64,000 bases of DNA from Malacoraja senta. Taxonomy: Eukaryota. Under the pieces are notes generated by a model. That model saw nothing but the letters and a program-made list of their open reading frames with translations. It was not told where the DNA came from and did not search any database. The position numbers were made by a program, and so were the translations under genes. Of this stretch, positions 50,411-62,909 are shown piece by piece (within the stretch, counting starts at the first letter, position 1; each line of letters opens with the position of its first letter). The stretch is taken from NCBI GenBank assembly GCA_038087875.1, contig CM075989.1, positions 5,332,001 to 5,396,000 on the forward strand, in the 5' to 3' direction.

Positions 50411-50786
50411 CTTTGACAACCAGCTCCACGACATCCTGGCTATCCTCAATCCCGTGCATCACCTCGCAGCGGTACATTCCTGAGTCGCTGGACAGCACTT
50501 TATCCAGTTCCAAGGTGGCATCGTTGGGGATATCGAGGTAACTCGGGAGCTTGACTCGCCCTTTGTACTCTTGGCTGATCTTGACTTTGCCAGACGTCGC
50601 CACGACGATGACCGTCTCCTTCCCGCCTTTGGCGATCTTGGTCCATTTGATCCTGGGCTCCAGCAGAGAGTCGGCGGGAGAGCGGCGCGGAGGTGAGGAA
50701 GTAGCAGGGGAAGGTCACGGAGCTGGCGAGCACAGCATTCAGTGGGGACTGCGAGGCAATCTTCACACTCAGTGCCTTGGCATTAT
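50411..50786 (-). CDS. ACAN: Aggrecan exon 3: G1 Ig-like (A) domain, with an apparent frameshift near 50670-50700
   Basis: 5' part reads DNAKALSVKIASQSPLNAVLASSVTFPCYF; 3' part, in another frame, reads PRIKWTKIAKGGKETVIVVATSGKVKISQEYKGRVKLPSYLDIPNDATLELDKVLSSDSGMYRCEVMHGIEDSQDVVELVVKG. AG/GT boundaries; length 376 nt is not 3n. Confidence 0.93.
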
Positions 50787-52374
50787 CTGGCAAACACGGG
50801 ACAAACAGGACATCTTCTCACTCTGGGAATGAGCTGCACAATCACCACCGCACTCATCACTCACACGTTGTAGGTGTAGAATCCACCCATATGGCCCATT
50901 GAGTCTCCGCCATTCAATCATGGCTGATCTCTGCCTCCTAATCCAATTTTCCTGCCTTTTCCCCATAACCCTTGACACCTAATCAAGGATTTGTCTACCT
51001 CTGCTTTAAAAATATCCACTGACTTGGCCTCTACAGCCCTCTGTGGCAATGAGTTCCACAGATTAACTACCATCTGACTAAAGAAGTTCCACCTCACCTC
51101 CTTTCTAAAAGAGCGCCCTTTAATTCTGAGGCTGTGAGCTCCTAGACTCTCCCAACAGTGGAAACATCCTTTCCACATCCACTCTATCTATGCCTTTCAT
51201 TATTCTGTAAGTTTCAATGAGTCCCTCCTCAACCTCCCAAACTCCAGCGAGTTCAGGCCCAGTGTTGACAAACGCTTATCATATGCTAACCCACTCATTC
51301 CTGGAACCTGTCGCATCCTCATGATGTTTCATGATGTTTCAATCACAAACTACTTGGAGCATCCTTATATTGGTTCAACTAGACCATTAAACATGGAACA
51401 GTACAGCACAGGTACTGCCCTTCGGCCCACAATGTCTGTGTTGAACATGATGCCAAGACCAACTCTTATCTGCCTGCAAAGAACTCATATCCCTTCATTC
51501 CTTACATGTCCCTATCCAAATGTCTCTGAAATGCCAAAAATCGTATCTTTCCCCACCACCAACCTCAGCAGCATTTTCCAGGTACCCACTGTGTATATAT
51601 ACTTGACCCGGATATCTCTTTTAAACTTTGCCCCTCTCACTTTAAAGCTACGCCCTCTAGTATTTGATATTTCCATCCGGGGGGAAAAAAGGTTAGTTCT
51701 GTCTCGCCTATCTGTGCCTCTCATTTGTATATTATCTACTTCAATCAGGTCTCCGTATAACATCCAGCAAACCAGAGAAAAGTCTGTCCAACCTCTCCCT
51801 GTAGCTAATCCCTCTTATCTCAGGCATCGTTCTGGTTAACCAACTCTGCACCCTTTCCAAAGCCTTCACATCCTTCCTGTAATGTGCCGGCCAGCTCTGA
51901 GGGCAATACTCCAAATGCAGCCTAACCCAAGACCTATAAAGCTGCATCGTGACTTCCTGACTTTTATACTCAATGCCCCAAGCAGAAAGCAAGTATACCA
52001 TACACGAACATTACTATTAAGCAGGTTCTTCCTTAAAATGCTAAGAAGTTGGCAAAAATAAGTTGTATGGGTGGCTTCCCAGCCAAGGAATGCAAAAGGC
52101 TTGGCATAGGCCAAAGGCTCCAGTTAAATATATATTGTGGCTCAGGACAGATTTATCATTAATCTACAGTCCAATCTAAAAAGGACATCGATGAAGTTTG
52201 AAATGACCCCAAGAGGTGTGAGGACCATGTGGTCGGTAAGTTTATTCGCAATGACATTTTTGAGGTACTTTGACCTCAGTGCTAGATTTAGATGTAACGT
52301 TTATTACGGATTCAGTTAAAACAATAATGTAACAATTGAGTTTGACGGCATAGAATCAGTAATCGATGACTTAC

Positions 52375-52444
52375 CGGAAACTTCAACAGATATAGCTGCT
52401 GCGATCACCCGCAAACAGACAAACACTAAAAGCAGAGTGGTCAT
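52375..52444 (-). CDS. ACAN: Aggrecan first coding exon (exon 2 by mammalian numbering): signal peptide MTTLLLVFVCLRVIAAAISVEVS; whole exon 52375-52451 including 7 nt of 5' UTR
   Basis: Manual translation closely matches the recalled mammalian N-terminus (MTTLLWVFVTLRVITAAVTVETS). Acceptor tttctccAG|GTAAATT-ATG, donor G|GTAAGT; 70 coding nt, phase 1. Confidence 0.95.
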
Positions 52445-55400
52445 AATTTACCTGGAGAAAAGAAAGTTACAAAGTTAGTTTGCGTCATTATGGCAGAACA
52501 AATATTAATGAATGTCAAAGACGTTCTGGAAGGCAGGGAGAATTAGAAAAGATGTTGGCTACTTTAAGACGTCATCTCATCGGCAACATACATCTAATGG
52601 GAGATCGATGGGGAGGGATACAGCATAGAAACAGGCCCTTCGGCCAACCGAGTCCACACCGACCATCCATCACCCGTTTACACTAGTTCTTTTAAAAAAT
52701 ATATACTCTTTTATTGGTATTCCACAGCAAACACATTTCCATAAAACGGGTTTCAGGTATAATGCTATATGTATACATCATCCACATATGTTTGTCTTGA
52801 ATTGCCTCTTTTTGAGATTTGTACAAAACAAATATAGAAACAGGAACACAGTAAAAACTACAAACACTTAGGGAGTTATCCTTCCTTTACCATATAATCA
52901 AAAATGTGTTCACACTAGTTCTGCGTTATTCTACTTTCCCGTCCACTCCCTACACGCTAGGGGCAGTTTACGGAGGCCAAATGCATGTTTTGTGGGATGT
53001 GGGAGGAACACAGAGCACCCGGAGGAAACCCACACAGTCACAGGGTAAACGTGCAATCTCCACACAGACAGCACCCGAGGTCAGGGTCAAACCCGGGTCT
53101 CTGGGGCTGTGAGGCAGCAGCTCTACCGGATGCGTCAGAGTTCTGAGCACGGAACAAGATTTGAAGGAACCAAGGAAAGGATTGATTTTATAATTAGATT
53201 CCTTGTAAAAGGACATACAGTTTCAGAAGGGAACTGAAAATGTCCCAGTACATCAGCCACCTGCAGTTGATTAATTTGTCAGAAACATTGTTTGCTTGAG
53301 GATTAAGATTAGGAACGCCGCAGAATTAAGCAAGAACGCCCACAGAGGGTCAACCAGTGCAGGTTTGGTACATTACATTTAACAACAGAGTCCTGGGGTT
53401 TAATACTGGACCATGACTCCTGTGGACAGGGTTTATGAAAGAACATCACACTAGTTGTATCTATTCCGGATGTGCACATTTGGAAGTTGATCAGCAGTAT
53501 ATGGACAACACCATTGCCATTTTGCTATGTTGAAGGCATTTACCAACTTCCATTCATTGTCATTGAAATTATTTCATATATTTCATATATTGGCATCAAT
53601 GGTTTACAAAATTCAGCATGAGGGAGAACATAGAACGGTACAGCACAAGAACAGGCCATTCAGCCCACAATGTCTGTGCCGAACATAATGCCAAGACCAA
53701 CTCTTATCTGCCTGCACGTGATCCATGTCCATCCATTCGCTGTGCATCAATGTGCTTATCCAGAAGTGTCTTTAATGTCACTATCGTTTCTGCCTCCACC
53801 ACCACCCCAGGCAGCACATTCCAGACACTCACTACCTTCTCCGTAAAAATATTTACTTTTAGTTTCTAGTTTTAGAGAAACAGGCCCTTCGGCCCACTGG
53901 GTCCGTGCCGACCAGCGATCCCCGCATATTAACACTATCCTACACCCACTAGAGACAATTTTTACATTTACCAAGCCAATGAACCTACAAACCTGTACGT
54001 CTTTGGAGTGTGGGAGGAATCCGAAGATCTCGGAGAAAACCCACGCAGATCTCGGGGGGAAAGTACAAACTCCGTACAGACAGTACCCGTAGTCGGGATC
54101 GAACCTGGGTCTCCGGCACTGCATTCGCTGTAAGGCAGCAACTCTACCGCTGCGCCACCGTGACCGCCCATTTGCAGCACACATCTCCTTTAAAGTTTGC
54201 CCCTCTCACCTCAAAGCAGTGCCCTCTAGTGTTTGATATTTTCATCCTGGGAGAAAGGTTCTGACTGTCTACCTGATCTATGTCTCTGATAATTGTATAT
54301 ACTTCTCTTGTGTCTCCCCTCAACCTCCACTGTTCCAGAGAAAACATTCCAAGTCTGTCCAACATGGGATGAAAGCAGGAACGGGGTACTGATTTTGGAT
54401 GATCAGCCATGATCATACTGAATGGCGGTGCTGGCTCAAAGGGCCGAATGGCCTACTTCTGCACCTATTTTCTATATTTCTAACCTCATGCTCCCTAGAC
54501 TTGGCATCAATGCCCTAACCAAAGAAGGCAAGCATACAACTTATTTACCCCTCTGTTTAATAAGGAACTGCTGATGCTGGAAAATCGAAGGTAGGCAAAA
54601 ATGCTGGAGAAACTCAGCGGGTGAGGCAGCATCTATGGAGCGAAAGAAATAGGCAACGTTTCGGGTCAAAACCCTTCTTCGGACTGATGTGAGGGTGGGG
54701 GGGGGATAGGGGGGGGGGGCGGGAAGAAGAAAGGAAGTGGAGCCAGTGGGCTGAGGGAGAGCTGAGAAGGGGAGGAGAACATAGGGACTACCTGAAATTA
54801 GAGAAGTCCAAGTTCATATATGAACATTTACCCCTCTCTCTACTTGTGTTGCCACGTTCAAGGAGTTATGGATTTGGGCCCCAAGACCGCTCTGCACATC
54901 AATGCTGTTGAGGGCCATGCCGTTAATTGTATGTTGTCCCCTTACATTCAACCTCCCAAGTTTCAATACACAACACTTGCTCGGATTAAACTCCATCTGC
55001 CAATTCTCTGCCCATTTCTCCAGCAGGTCTCTATCCTGCCGTACCCATTGACAGCCTTCCTCACAATCCACGCCCCTCAGCAATCCCGGTGTCCTCTGCA
55101 GACTAATTACTCAGTGTAGTTGATCGATGGTCAGCGTGGACTTAGTGGGCGCTGAGTTGGTCTATGTTTACATAAATACACACACACACACACACACTAA
55201 TGATCTGAGCAAGTCACAGGGAGAGAGATGCCGAGTGACTCAATAGTGAGCAGAGGGGAAGCAATGGGGAGAATGTGCAAACTGCATACAGACAGCATCC
55301 GAGGTCAGGATCGAACCTGAATCTCCGGCCCTCTGAGACAGCAGCTCTACCAGCTGTGCCATCCCTAACTCTGCTCTTCTCTTCATCTATATCATCTGAC

Positions 55401-58400
55401 CTGGTGGAACTCCAGCATTTTCTGTTTATATCCCAGTAATTTAGTTAAAATATCCACTCACTCATTGCAAGGTTTTATTCAAACCTGTTCTTGGTTTTCA
55501 TCAGCTACTTTGATTCGAATGTTCCTGTGAAGGTGCCCATTGACTGAGCACGGAATATCATGCAGAAACTCCCTCTGGTGGCTGAGTATCTACACAGCAG
55601 GCGGGGTGTCTTTAGCAGCTCTTGGCTCCATCTGCAATAGCTTAGCGTAGGTAAGACAGGTAAATTAGCTCACCGGGGTAATGTTAGCTTAGAGATACAG
55701 CGTAGAAACAGGCCCTTCGGCCCACTAAGTCCACGCTGACCATCGATCACCCACACACTAGCTGTTCTCTGTTTTACGCACGAGGGACAATTTACAGATG
55801 CCAATTAACAATAAACCTACAGTTTGTACATTCTCCCTGTGACCCCGTGGGTTTTCTCCGGTTGCACCGGTTTCCTCCCACACTCCAAAGACATACAGGT
55901 TTGCAGGTTAATTGGCTTCAATAAAGATTGTAAATTGTCCCAATTGTGTGTAGGATGGTGTTAGTCCGTGGGGATCGCTGGTCAGTGCGGATTCGATGGG
56001 CCGAAGGGTCTGTATCCACGCTGTATCTCTAAACTGAAGTAAACTAAATAAACATCAGTGGCCCTTTCTCCATGCTGTTGCCAAGGGGCAGGCATCTGTG
56101 ACAGCAACTATCAGCTCTGAGCAACGCCTCACTCATCTACCTCGATTCCTTCCTCTGGCTTCACTTTCCCTGCCTCTTCTATCCTTATTGCCTCCTCTTA
56201 CACTTTTTGTCTTTTCATCTCTGGCCTTTGTCCAGCCATTAGCCTATCACCAAAAAAACCCTCGCACCTGTATCCACCTATCACTCGCCAGACTCTGTCC
56301 CACCCTTACCTCTAGTCCAGCTTTCTCCACCCACGCCCCACTGCAATTGGTCTGAAGAAGGGTCCCGACTAAAAAAAACGTTACCTATCCACGTTCTCCG
56401 GAGATGCTGCCTGACCCGCTGAGTTACTCCAGCACTTTGTGTGTTTTTACAGTATAAACCCTCTACTATGCATTCACAAGACTTTCCAGACATTTTGTTA
56501 TTCAGGTACAAAATATATCACAGACTAAAGAAAATGTACCTCTCAGGTCGTGCCATTTGTCTTGGCCGACCACTCAGTCTGTTGCAATAGAGTCATAGGG
56601 TCGAACAGCACCTACACTAGTCCCACCTGCCCGCATTTGGCCCATATCCCTCTAAACCTTTCCTATCCATGTACCAGTCCAAGTGCCTTTTAAATGCTGT
56701 TATAGTGCCTGCCTCAACTACCTCCTCTGGCAGCTCGTTCCATACACCCACCACCCTCTGAGTGAAAAAGTTGCTCCCCAATTTGTTAATAAATCTTTCC
56801 CCTCTCACCTTAATGTAATGGCCCATGGTTCTTGCTTCCCCTCTGGGTAAAAGACTCCGTGCATTCACCCTATCCATTCCCTTCATGGTTTTATACATCT
56901 CTATAAGATCACCCCTCAGCTTCCTGCACTCCAAGGAATAATGTCTTAGACTGGCCAACTTCTCTCTATAGCTCAGGCCCTCAAGACCTGACCACAGATG
57001 CTGACGAACCAGCTGTTTCCAGTATTTTCATTTTTTCTTTTATCTTTTGGGAGGGCATATCTTTAAGGTGAGAGGGCCAAAGTTTGAAGGAGGTGTTTGG
57101 GGAAACGTTTTTTGAGCGTTGGGTGCCTGGAATGTGCTATTAGGGATGGTGATGGATGAATGTATTATGTACAGGCAGAGGGGATTGGTTTAACCTGGCA
57201 TTATGTTCAGCATGGACTTTGTGGGCCGAAAGGCCTGTTCCTGTGCTGTACTGTTCTACATTCTCGTATTCAGCTCAGAGAATAAATAATGTCACAGTTT
57301 TCATTCTCATCTGAAGGATGACATCTCCGACAGCACATCACTCCCTCCCTATTGGGCGGCACGGTGGCGCAGCGGTAGAGTTGCTGCCTCACAGCGCCAG
57401 AGACCCGGGTTCAATCCTGACTACGGGTTCTGTCTGTACGGAGTTTGTACCTTCTTCCCGTGACCTGCATGGATTTTTTGCCGGGTGCTCCGGTTTCCTC
57501 CCACACTCCAAAGACGAACAGGTTTGTAGGTTAATTGGCTTTGGTAAAAATTATGAATTGTCCCCAGTGTGCTAGTCCTGGTCGTCAAGGACTTGATGGG
57601 CCGAAGGGCCTGTTTCCTCGCAGTATCTCCAAACTCTGACATCTAAATCTGGGCTATCACTCTCAAGCCTCTGCACATTCAGACTTTGAGGCAAAACTTG
57701 CCTCATCAATGGATGTCAGGGGTTATGGGGAGAAGGCAGGAGGATGGGGTTGAGAGGGCAAGATAGATCAGCCATCATTCAACGGCGGAAGAGACTTGAT
57801 GGGCCGAAGGGCCTAATGTTGCCCCTTTCACGTGAATATGGTTTACTGCCATCATAACAGGCAGTCAGAGGGTTAGAAAATGAACCAAGAGATGTCCAAT
57901 GACCACTGAAAGAGGGATTGATGTATCGAAAGTGAACTTGCACCTCCCTTTCAGATCTTACATCTACATAAGAAGGCTTTATGCAGTATCCTGAACCCAG
58001 AAGGAGCATGGCATGACCGACTGCAAAATAAATATTTGACGGAGCTACTGTCAGCACCATTTCCGCACCTTGGTGCCCAGAGCCCAGACTCAGAGCGGCA
58101 AGGGAAGAGAGGGCCCATGCAGGCGGACAGAGAGAGTTGGCATCACAGGAATCTAAATAAATACTTCTGTGTACTTTGTGTTTTTCCAGCTGTTTTAGGT
58201 GAAAAATTCCATTAAATCCTGATTCAGTTTTGGTCTCTTTTTAAATACTGGACCTTTATGCAATTTGTTTATTGTTCAAAGCGCTGGCCAGAAGCATAAA
58301 ATAAGAATTTTAATGGTAAATGGATTGCATTTAACAGGGAATAAGGAACAGAGTGGTTTATTCAACCCTGTCAAATCTAACACTGACTCACTGATGCTTC

Positions 58401-59219
58401 TTGCTAATACACTGGATGTGAAGGTGCCTCTATCTGTACCACTCTGCTTCTCCGTACCTTCCCTAACTCGGCTGAGTTAGACCCACGACTCCATCAGGGA
58501 AGGTTTCGTGGGAGATCCAAGGAACTGCAGATGCTGGAATCTTGAGCAAAGCACAAAGTGCTGGAGGAACTCAGCAGGTCACGCAGCATCTGTGGTGGGA
58601 TTGGATAGGCGTCATTTTGGGTCGCGACCCTTCTTCAGGCTGATTCGAAGAATGTGAATTTGAAAGCAGAAGGCGAGTTCCAACCCCAAAATGTTGCCTC
58701 CTCGGATGCTGCTTGACCCGCTGAGTTACTCCAGCGTGTGGGTAACGTTGTGGTCAAGGTGTGGGTCAAACGCAGGCGAATGGGATTCTCTCAGGTTGAC
58801 CACATGGTTGGCATGGACAAGCTGGGCTGAAGGGTCCGTTTCCGTACCGTATAACTTTACGACGCTAGGGTTCATTGTTAAATACATTTTCATGCCGGAG
58901 GTCCTTGGAGAATGCCAAGCAAACTTGTATCCATCAAACAGGACACCCCATGCTCTCTCGCCGACCCAAAGGACCCTGGGGACAATTTGGGGAAACAAAA
59001 CACCATGGTGGTTGAGACAATGTAACTTGGCATAAAGCAGGAATGGAGTGTGGGATGGTTTGCCCTGGTGCTTTAGAACAGAGCATTAATGTGGATGGGT
59101 GGTTAATCTTTAGTGTGGACCCGATGGGCTGAAGGGTTGTTGTTTTTGTACTGTATCGCTCTCTATCTCCCTATCACATGTTGTAGGATACAGAGAGAAT
59201 ATATCATGGTACAAATGCA

Positions 59220-59735
59220 TAAGAAGGAACTGTAGATGCTGGTTTCATCCGAAGATAGACACAAAAAGCTTGAGTAACTCAGCAGGTAAGACAGCATCTC
59301 TGGAGAAAAGGAATAGGTGATGTTTCGGCTCGAGACCCTTCTTCAGACTGCGAGTCGGGGGAGAGGGAGACAACAGATATAGACGGTGACATAGAGAGAT
59401 ATAGAACAATTGAATGAAAGATATGCAAGAAAGTAACGATGATAAAGGAAACAGTTATATGTGGGCTAGGTGAAAACAAGTTACAGACAATGAGACTCAA
59501 AGAAATGACTTTGGAGCTGGTACAATGAGTTGGGTGTGGGGTGGGGTGGGGGGGGGGGGGCGGAGAGAGAGGTTTGCAAGTTACTTGAAATTAAAGAAAT
59601 CCATATTCATACCGCAGGGTTGTAAGCTGCCCAAGCAAAATATGAGACGCTGTTCCTCCAATTTGAGTTTGTCCTCACTCTGACAATGGAGGAGGCCCGC
59701 CCAGGACAGAAAGGTCAGTTTGGGAATGGGAAGGA
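59220..59735 (-). mobile_element. Penelope-like element 3' fragment
   Basis: LLHCQSEDKLKLEEQRLIFCLGSLQPCGMNMDFFNFK* plus pseudo-LTR. Similar pieces at 38300-38715(+), 315-780(-) and 54563-54820(-). Confidence 0.8.
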
Positions 59736-61043
59736 AACTGTGCCCAACATGAATCAGAATGTCGTTCCCTGACCATTGCAGTTTGAGTGCTTGTAAACTG
59801 GAAACCTGAAGCAGTCCAGTGCAGCTGCTAAATACTTCTTGATGTACCAAAGGCTCCAGGCAACATTTTAACGTCAGCACCATTGATTTCCCCCTGTAAT
59901 AACATCTAAAGCAAAATTAATCTGACACTATCAGGATTCTCTTCTGCTAAAGGTAGGCACAGAGTGCTGGAATAACCCAACGGGTCTGGCAGCATCTCTG
60001 GAGAAATTGGTTAGGTGACATTTTTGGGTTGGGACCCTTCTTCAGACCTATTTGAACATCACCGGTTCCTTTTCTCCAGAGGTGCTGCCTGACCCGCTGA
60101 GTTACTCCAGCACTTTGTGTCTATCTTTCAGAGATATGGACAGTGATGTAGGGAGATATAGAACAAATATCAAACACAATCCATCCCACATCCCACACCG
60201 TATGAAGAAGGGTCTCGACCTGAAACGTCACCTATTCCTTCACTCCAGAGATGCTGTCTGACCCGCTGAGTTACTCCAGCATTTTGTGTCTATCAGAACT
60301 TTCTCTTCTAGCCGTTGATTTTGTAATTAATTTGGCAAAAAACCTTAATTAAAAAGTACGTAGATAGTGCTGACATAACTTGTTGAACTATTTAAGGAAC
60401 TGCAGATGCTGGAAAAATCGAAGGTAGACAAAAAGCTGGAGAAACTCAGCGGGTGAGGCAGCATCTATGGAGCGAACTTGTTGAACTAGTGTCTGATCTT
60501 TCATTTAGTGGAAAAAAAAAAGTTCAAATTGGCAGTTGGAAATTAAAACTTGCAAATAAAATAAAAAGCAAATAAAGTTAACACCTATAACAGTGATCAT
60601 AAATCTGCCAGCTTGTTGTAAAAAAATCGCTTCACCTCTTCTCACCGGAGAGGCCTCTTCTCACCTCTGTGTGGGCTGCCTCTCAATTTAGCCTTCACTT
60701 TAGACTTTAGAGATGCATTCCGGAGAGAAGCCCTTCGGCCCACTGAATCCGTGCTGACCAGTGATCTAACACGAACACTGTCCTTCACTGTCCTACCCAT
60801 AAGTCTTTGGAGGACCCGGAGAAAACCCACGCGGTCATGGGGAGAACGTACAAACTCCGTACAGACAGCCCCCGCAGTCAGGATCGAACCCGGATCTCTG
60901 GTGCTGTGAGGCAGCAACTCTACCGCTGCGCCACCGTGATGCCCCAAATTTGTTCTGATACGACTGATGGTCAGATTTCACGCAATTGAGGTTGTGTCTT
61001 GCCAATAAAATCCATCTCCTGACAGTGAGTAACGTTACTAAGT

Positions 61044-61071
61044 CTGAAGAAGGGTCTCGACCCGAAACGTC
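61044..61071 (+). ncRNA. Minimal hammerhead ribozyme motif in a Penelope-like pseudo-LTR
   Basis: CTGAAGA-A-GGGT(CTCG)ACCC-GAAAC-GTC with an intact core. Confidence 0.6.
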
Positions 61072-62365
61072 GCCTATTCCTTCTCTCCATAGATGCCGCC
61101 TCACCCATTGAGTTCCTCCAGCATTTTTGTCTACCTGCGATTATTCCAGCTTCTGCAGGTCTTTCTTAAACTTTGCTATACATATCTGCAACAGTTGAAT
61201 TACTTTAATGAATGAACTGAAACATGGCTTAGCCGGATTATTAATACATGTAAAAATATAAAGGAGCTTTAGGACTGAAACTTTCTGATGCCTTTCCCCA
61301 CAGTGGAAAATGTTGATTCTGTTGTGGGCGGATGTTCATGTTGAATTCTGTAATGTGTTGTGTCATTTTTCTTTTTTTTAATTTTTCTATGGATGTACGG
61401 AATCTTAATTATTTTTTTTCTATGTAAAGCACTTTGGTTTCAACGCGAGTTGATTTAAATGTGCTATATAAATAAAATTTACTTACTTACTTACTTAATA
61501 ATATCATAGTTATTGGGTCCCATAGGAAAGAGAGACCTCAGCACGGTCGAGTTTTGCATCCAGTTTGAGGGTGACAAACTGGGGTTTGAAACTGGTGTCT
61601 GAAATGTAAATAAGGGCAATAACAAAGACATGGAGAGAGCATTGGTGAATGTGGATTGGGAACAGAGACCAGTGTGTATGATGGTACATCTGTATTCACG
61701 TAATCTCAGGCGCCACAGTGGTGCAGTGGTAGACTTGCTGCCTTACAGTGGCGGAGACCCGGGTTCAATCCTGACAATGGGCGCTGTCTTTATGAAGCTT
61801 GTACCTTCTCCCCGTGACCGCGTGAGTTTTCTCTGGGTGCTCTGGTTTCCTCCAAGATGTTCAGGTTTGTAGGTTAATTGGCTTTGGTAAAAATAATTGT
61901 ATATTATCCCCAGTGTGGGGGATAGTACTCGTGTACAGGGTGGGCGTGGACTCAGTGGGCCGAAGGGCCTGCTTCCACATTGTATCTCGAATTCCAGAAG
62001 TCTAAATCAGCAGTGGTAGATGTTTAAAGAGCTTTTATATATTTCAGTAAATGTATATTGCATGAGGAAATGATCTGAAATGTCATCTATCCATGTTCTC
62101 CAGAGATGCTGCCTGACCTGCTGAGTTACTCCAGCACTATTTTTATCGAACAGTCCAGCACAAGTGGATGTAGTTGAGGCAGGTGCTATCACGACGTTTA
62201 AGAAACATTTAGGACATGGTTAAGACAGGTTTCGAGGGATATGGGCCAAATACGGGCAGGTGGGACTAGTGTAGATGGGACATGTTGGCCGATGTGGGGA
62301 AGTTGGGCCGAAGGACCTGTTTCCACTGTAAGACTCTATGACTCTATGACTCCCTCTTCTAGATG

Positions 62366-62909
62366 CAGGGGCGGAAAACCTGGGGGGGGGGGGGCAGAGG
62401 GGACACGCCCCCCCCCCATGTTTTGAGAGGTGGGGGACATCCCCCCCAAGTTTTTGATCCGTATTTGTAAATCTCCACTTTCCGCGAGGCAGTGTGGGTG
62501 GGACTGATGATCGAGGGCACGATGATTGGAGGAGGGAGGAGTGGGGGGGGGGGGGGTGCTGAGGATAGAGCGCGGCGATTGGAGGAGGGAGACGTGGCAC
62601 AGACTTGCGCCTCATCCGCAGGCAGGATCGACTCCGGCCGGGTCTCCGGCGCTGTCCCGAGTGCCCCCCCCCCACGGGTGGCCAGACGCGAGCTGTACCC
62701 CCAGGCCCACAGCCAGCGCAGAGAAACAACTCTGCCTGTCCCGCCAGGTTATCCCTGCCTGGGCTTCCGGGAAACATGGCCAGCACGGAGAAGCAGCGCA
62801 GGTGTCCTGATGCCTCGCGCGCATGTGTGAGTGTGCGCATGCGCGCGCGGCCACCAAAACATTGTGTCCCCCGTCCCCTCCATGTTTTTGATAGCGAGTT
62901 CCGCTCTTG
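62366..62909. mobile_element. Non-autonomous hAT-type element, 544 bp, GC-rich
   Basis: Perfect 8-bp TSD TCTAGATG (62358-62365 and 62910-62917); imperfect 11-bp TIR CAGGGGCGGAA versus the reverse complement of TTCCGCTCTTG; repeated subterminal GGGGAC/GTCCCC motifs. Confidence 0.8.

Noticed and set aside
57354..57430. tRNA-like A and B boxes
   Set aside because: These are SINE heads continuing into the V-domain; there is no complete cloverleaf.
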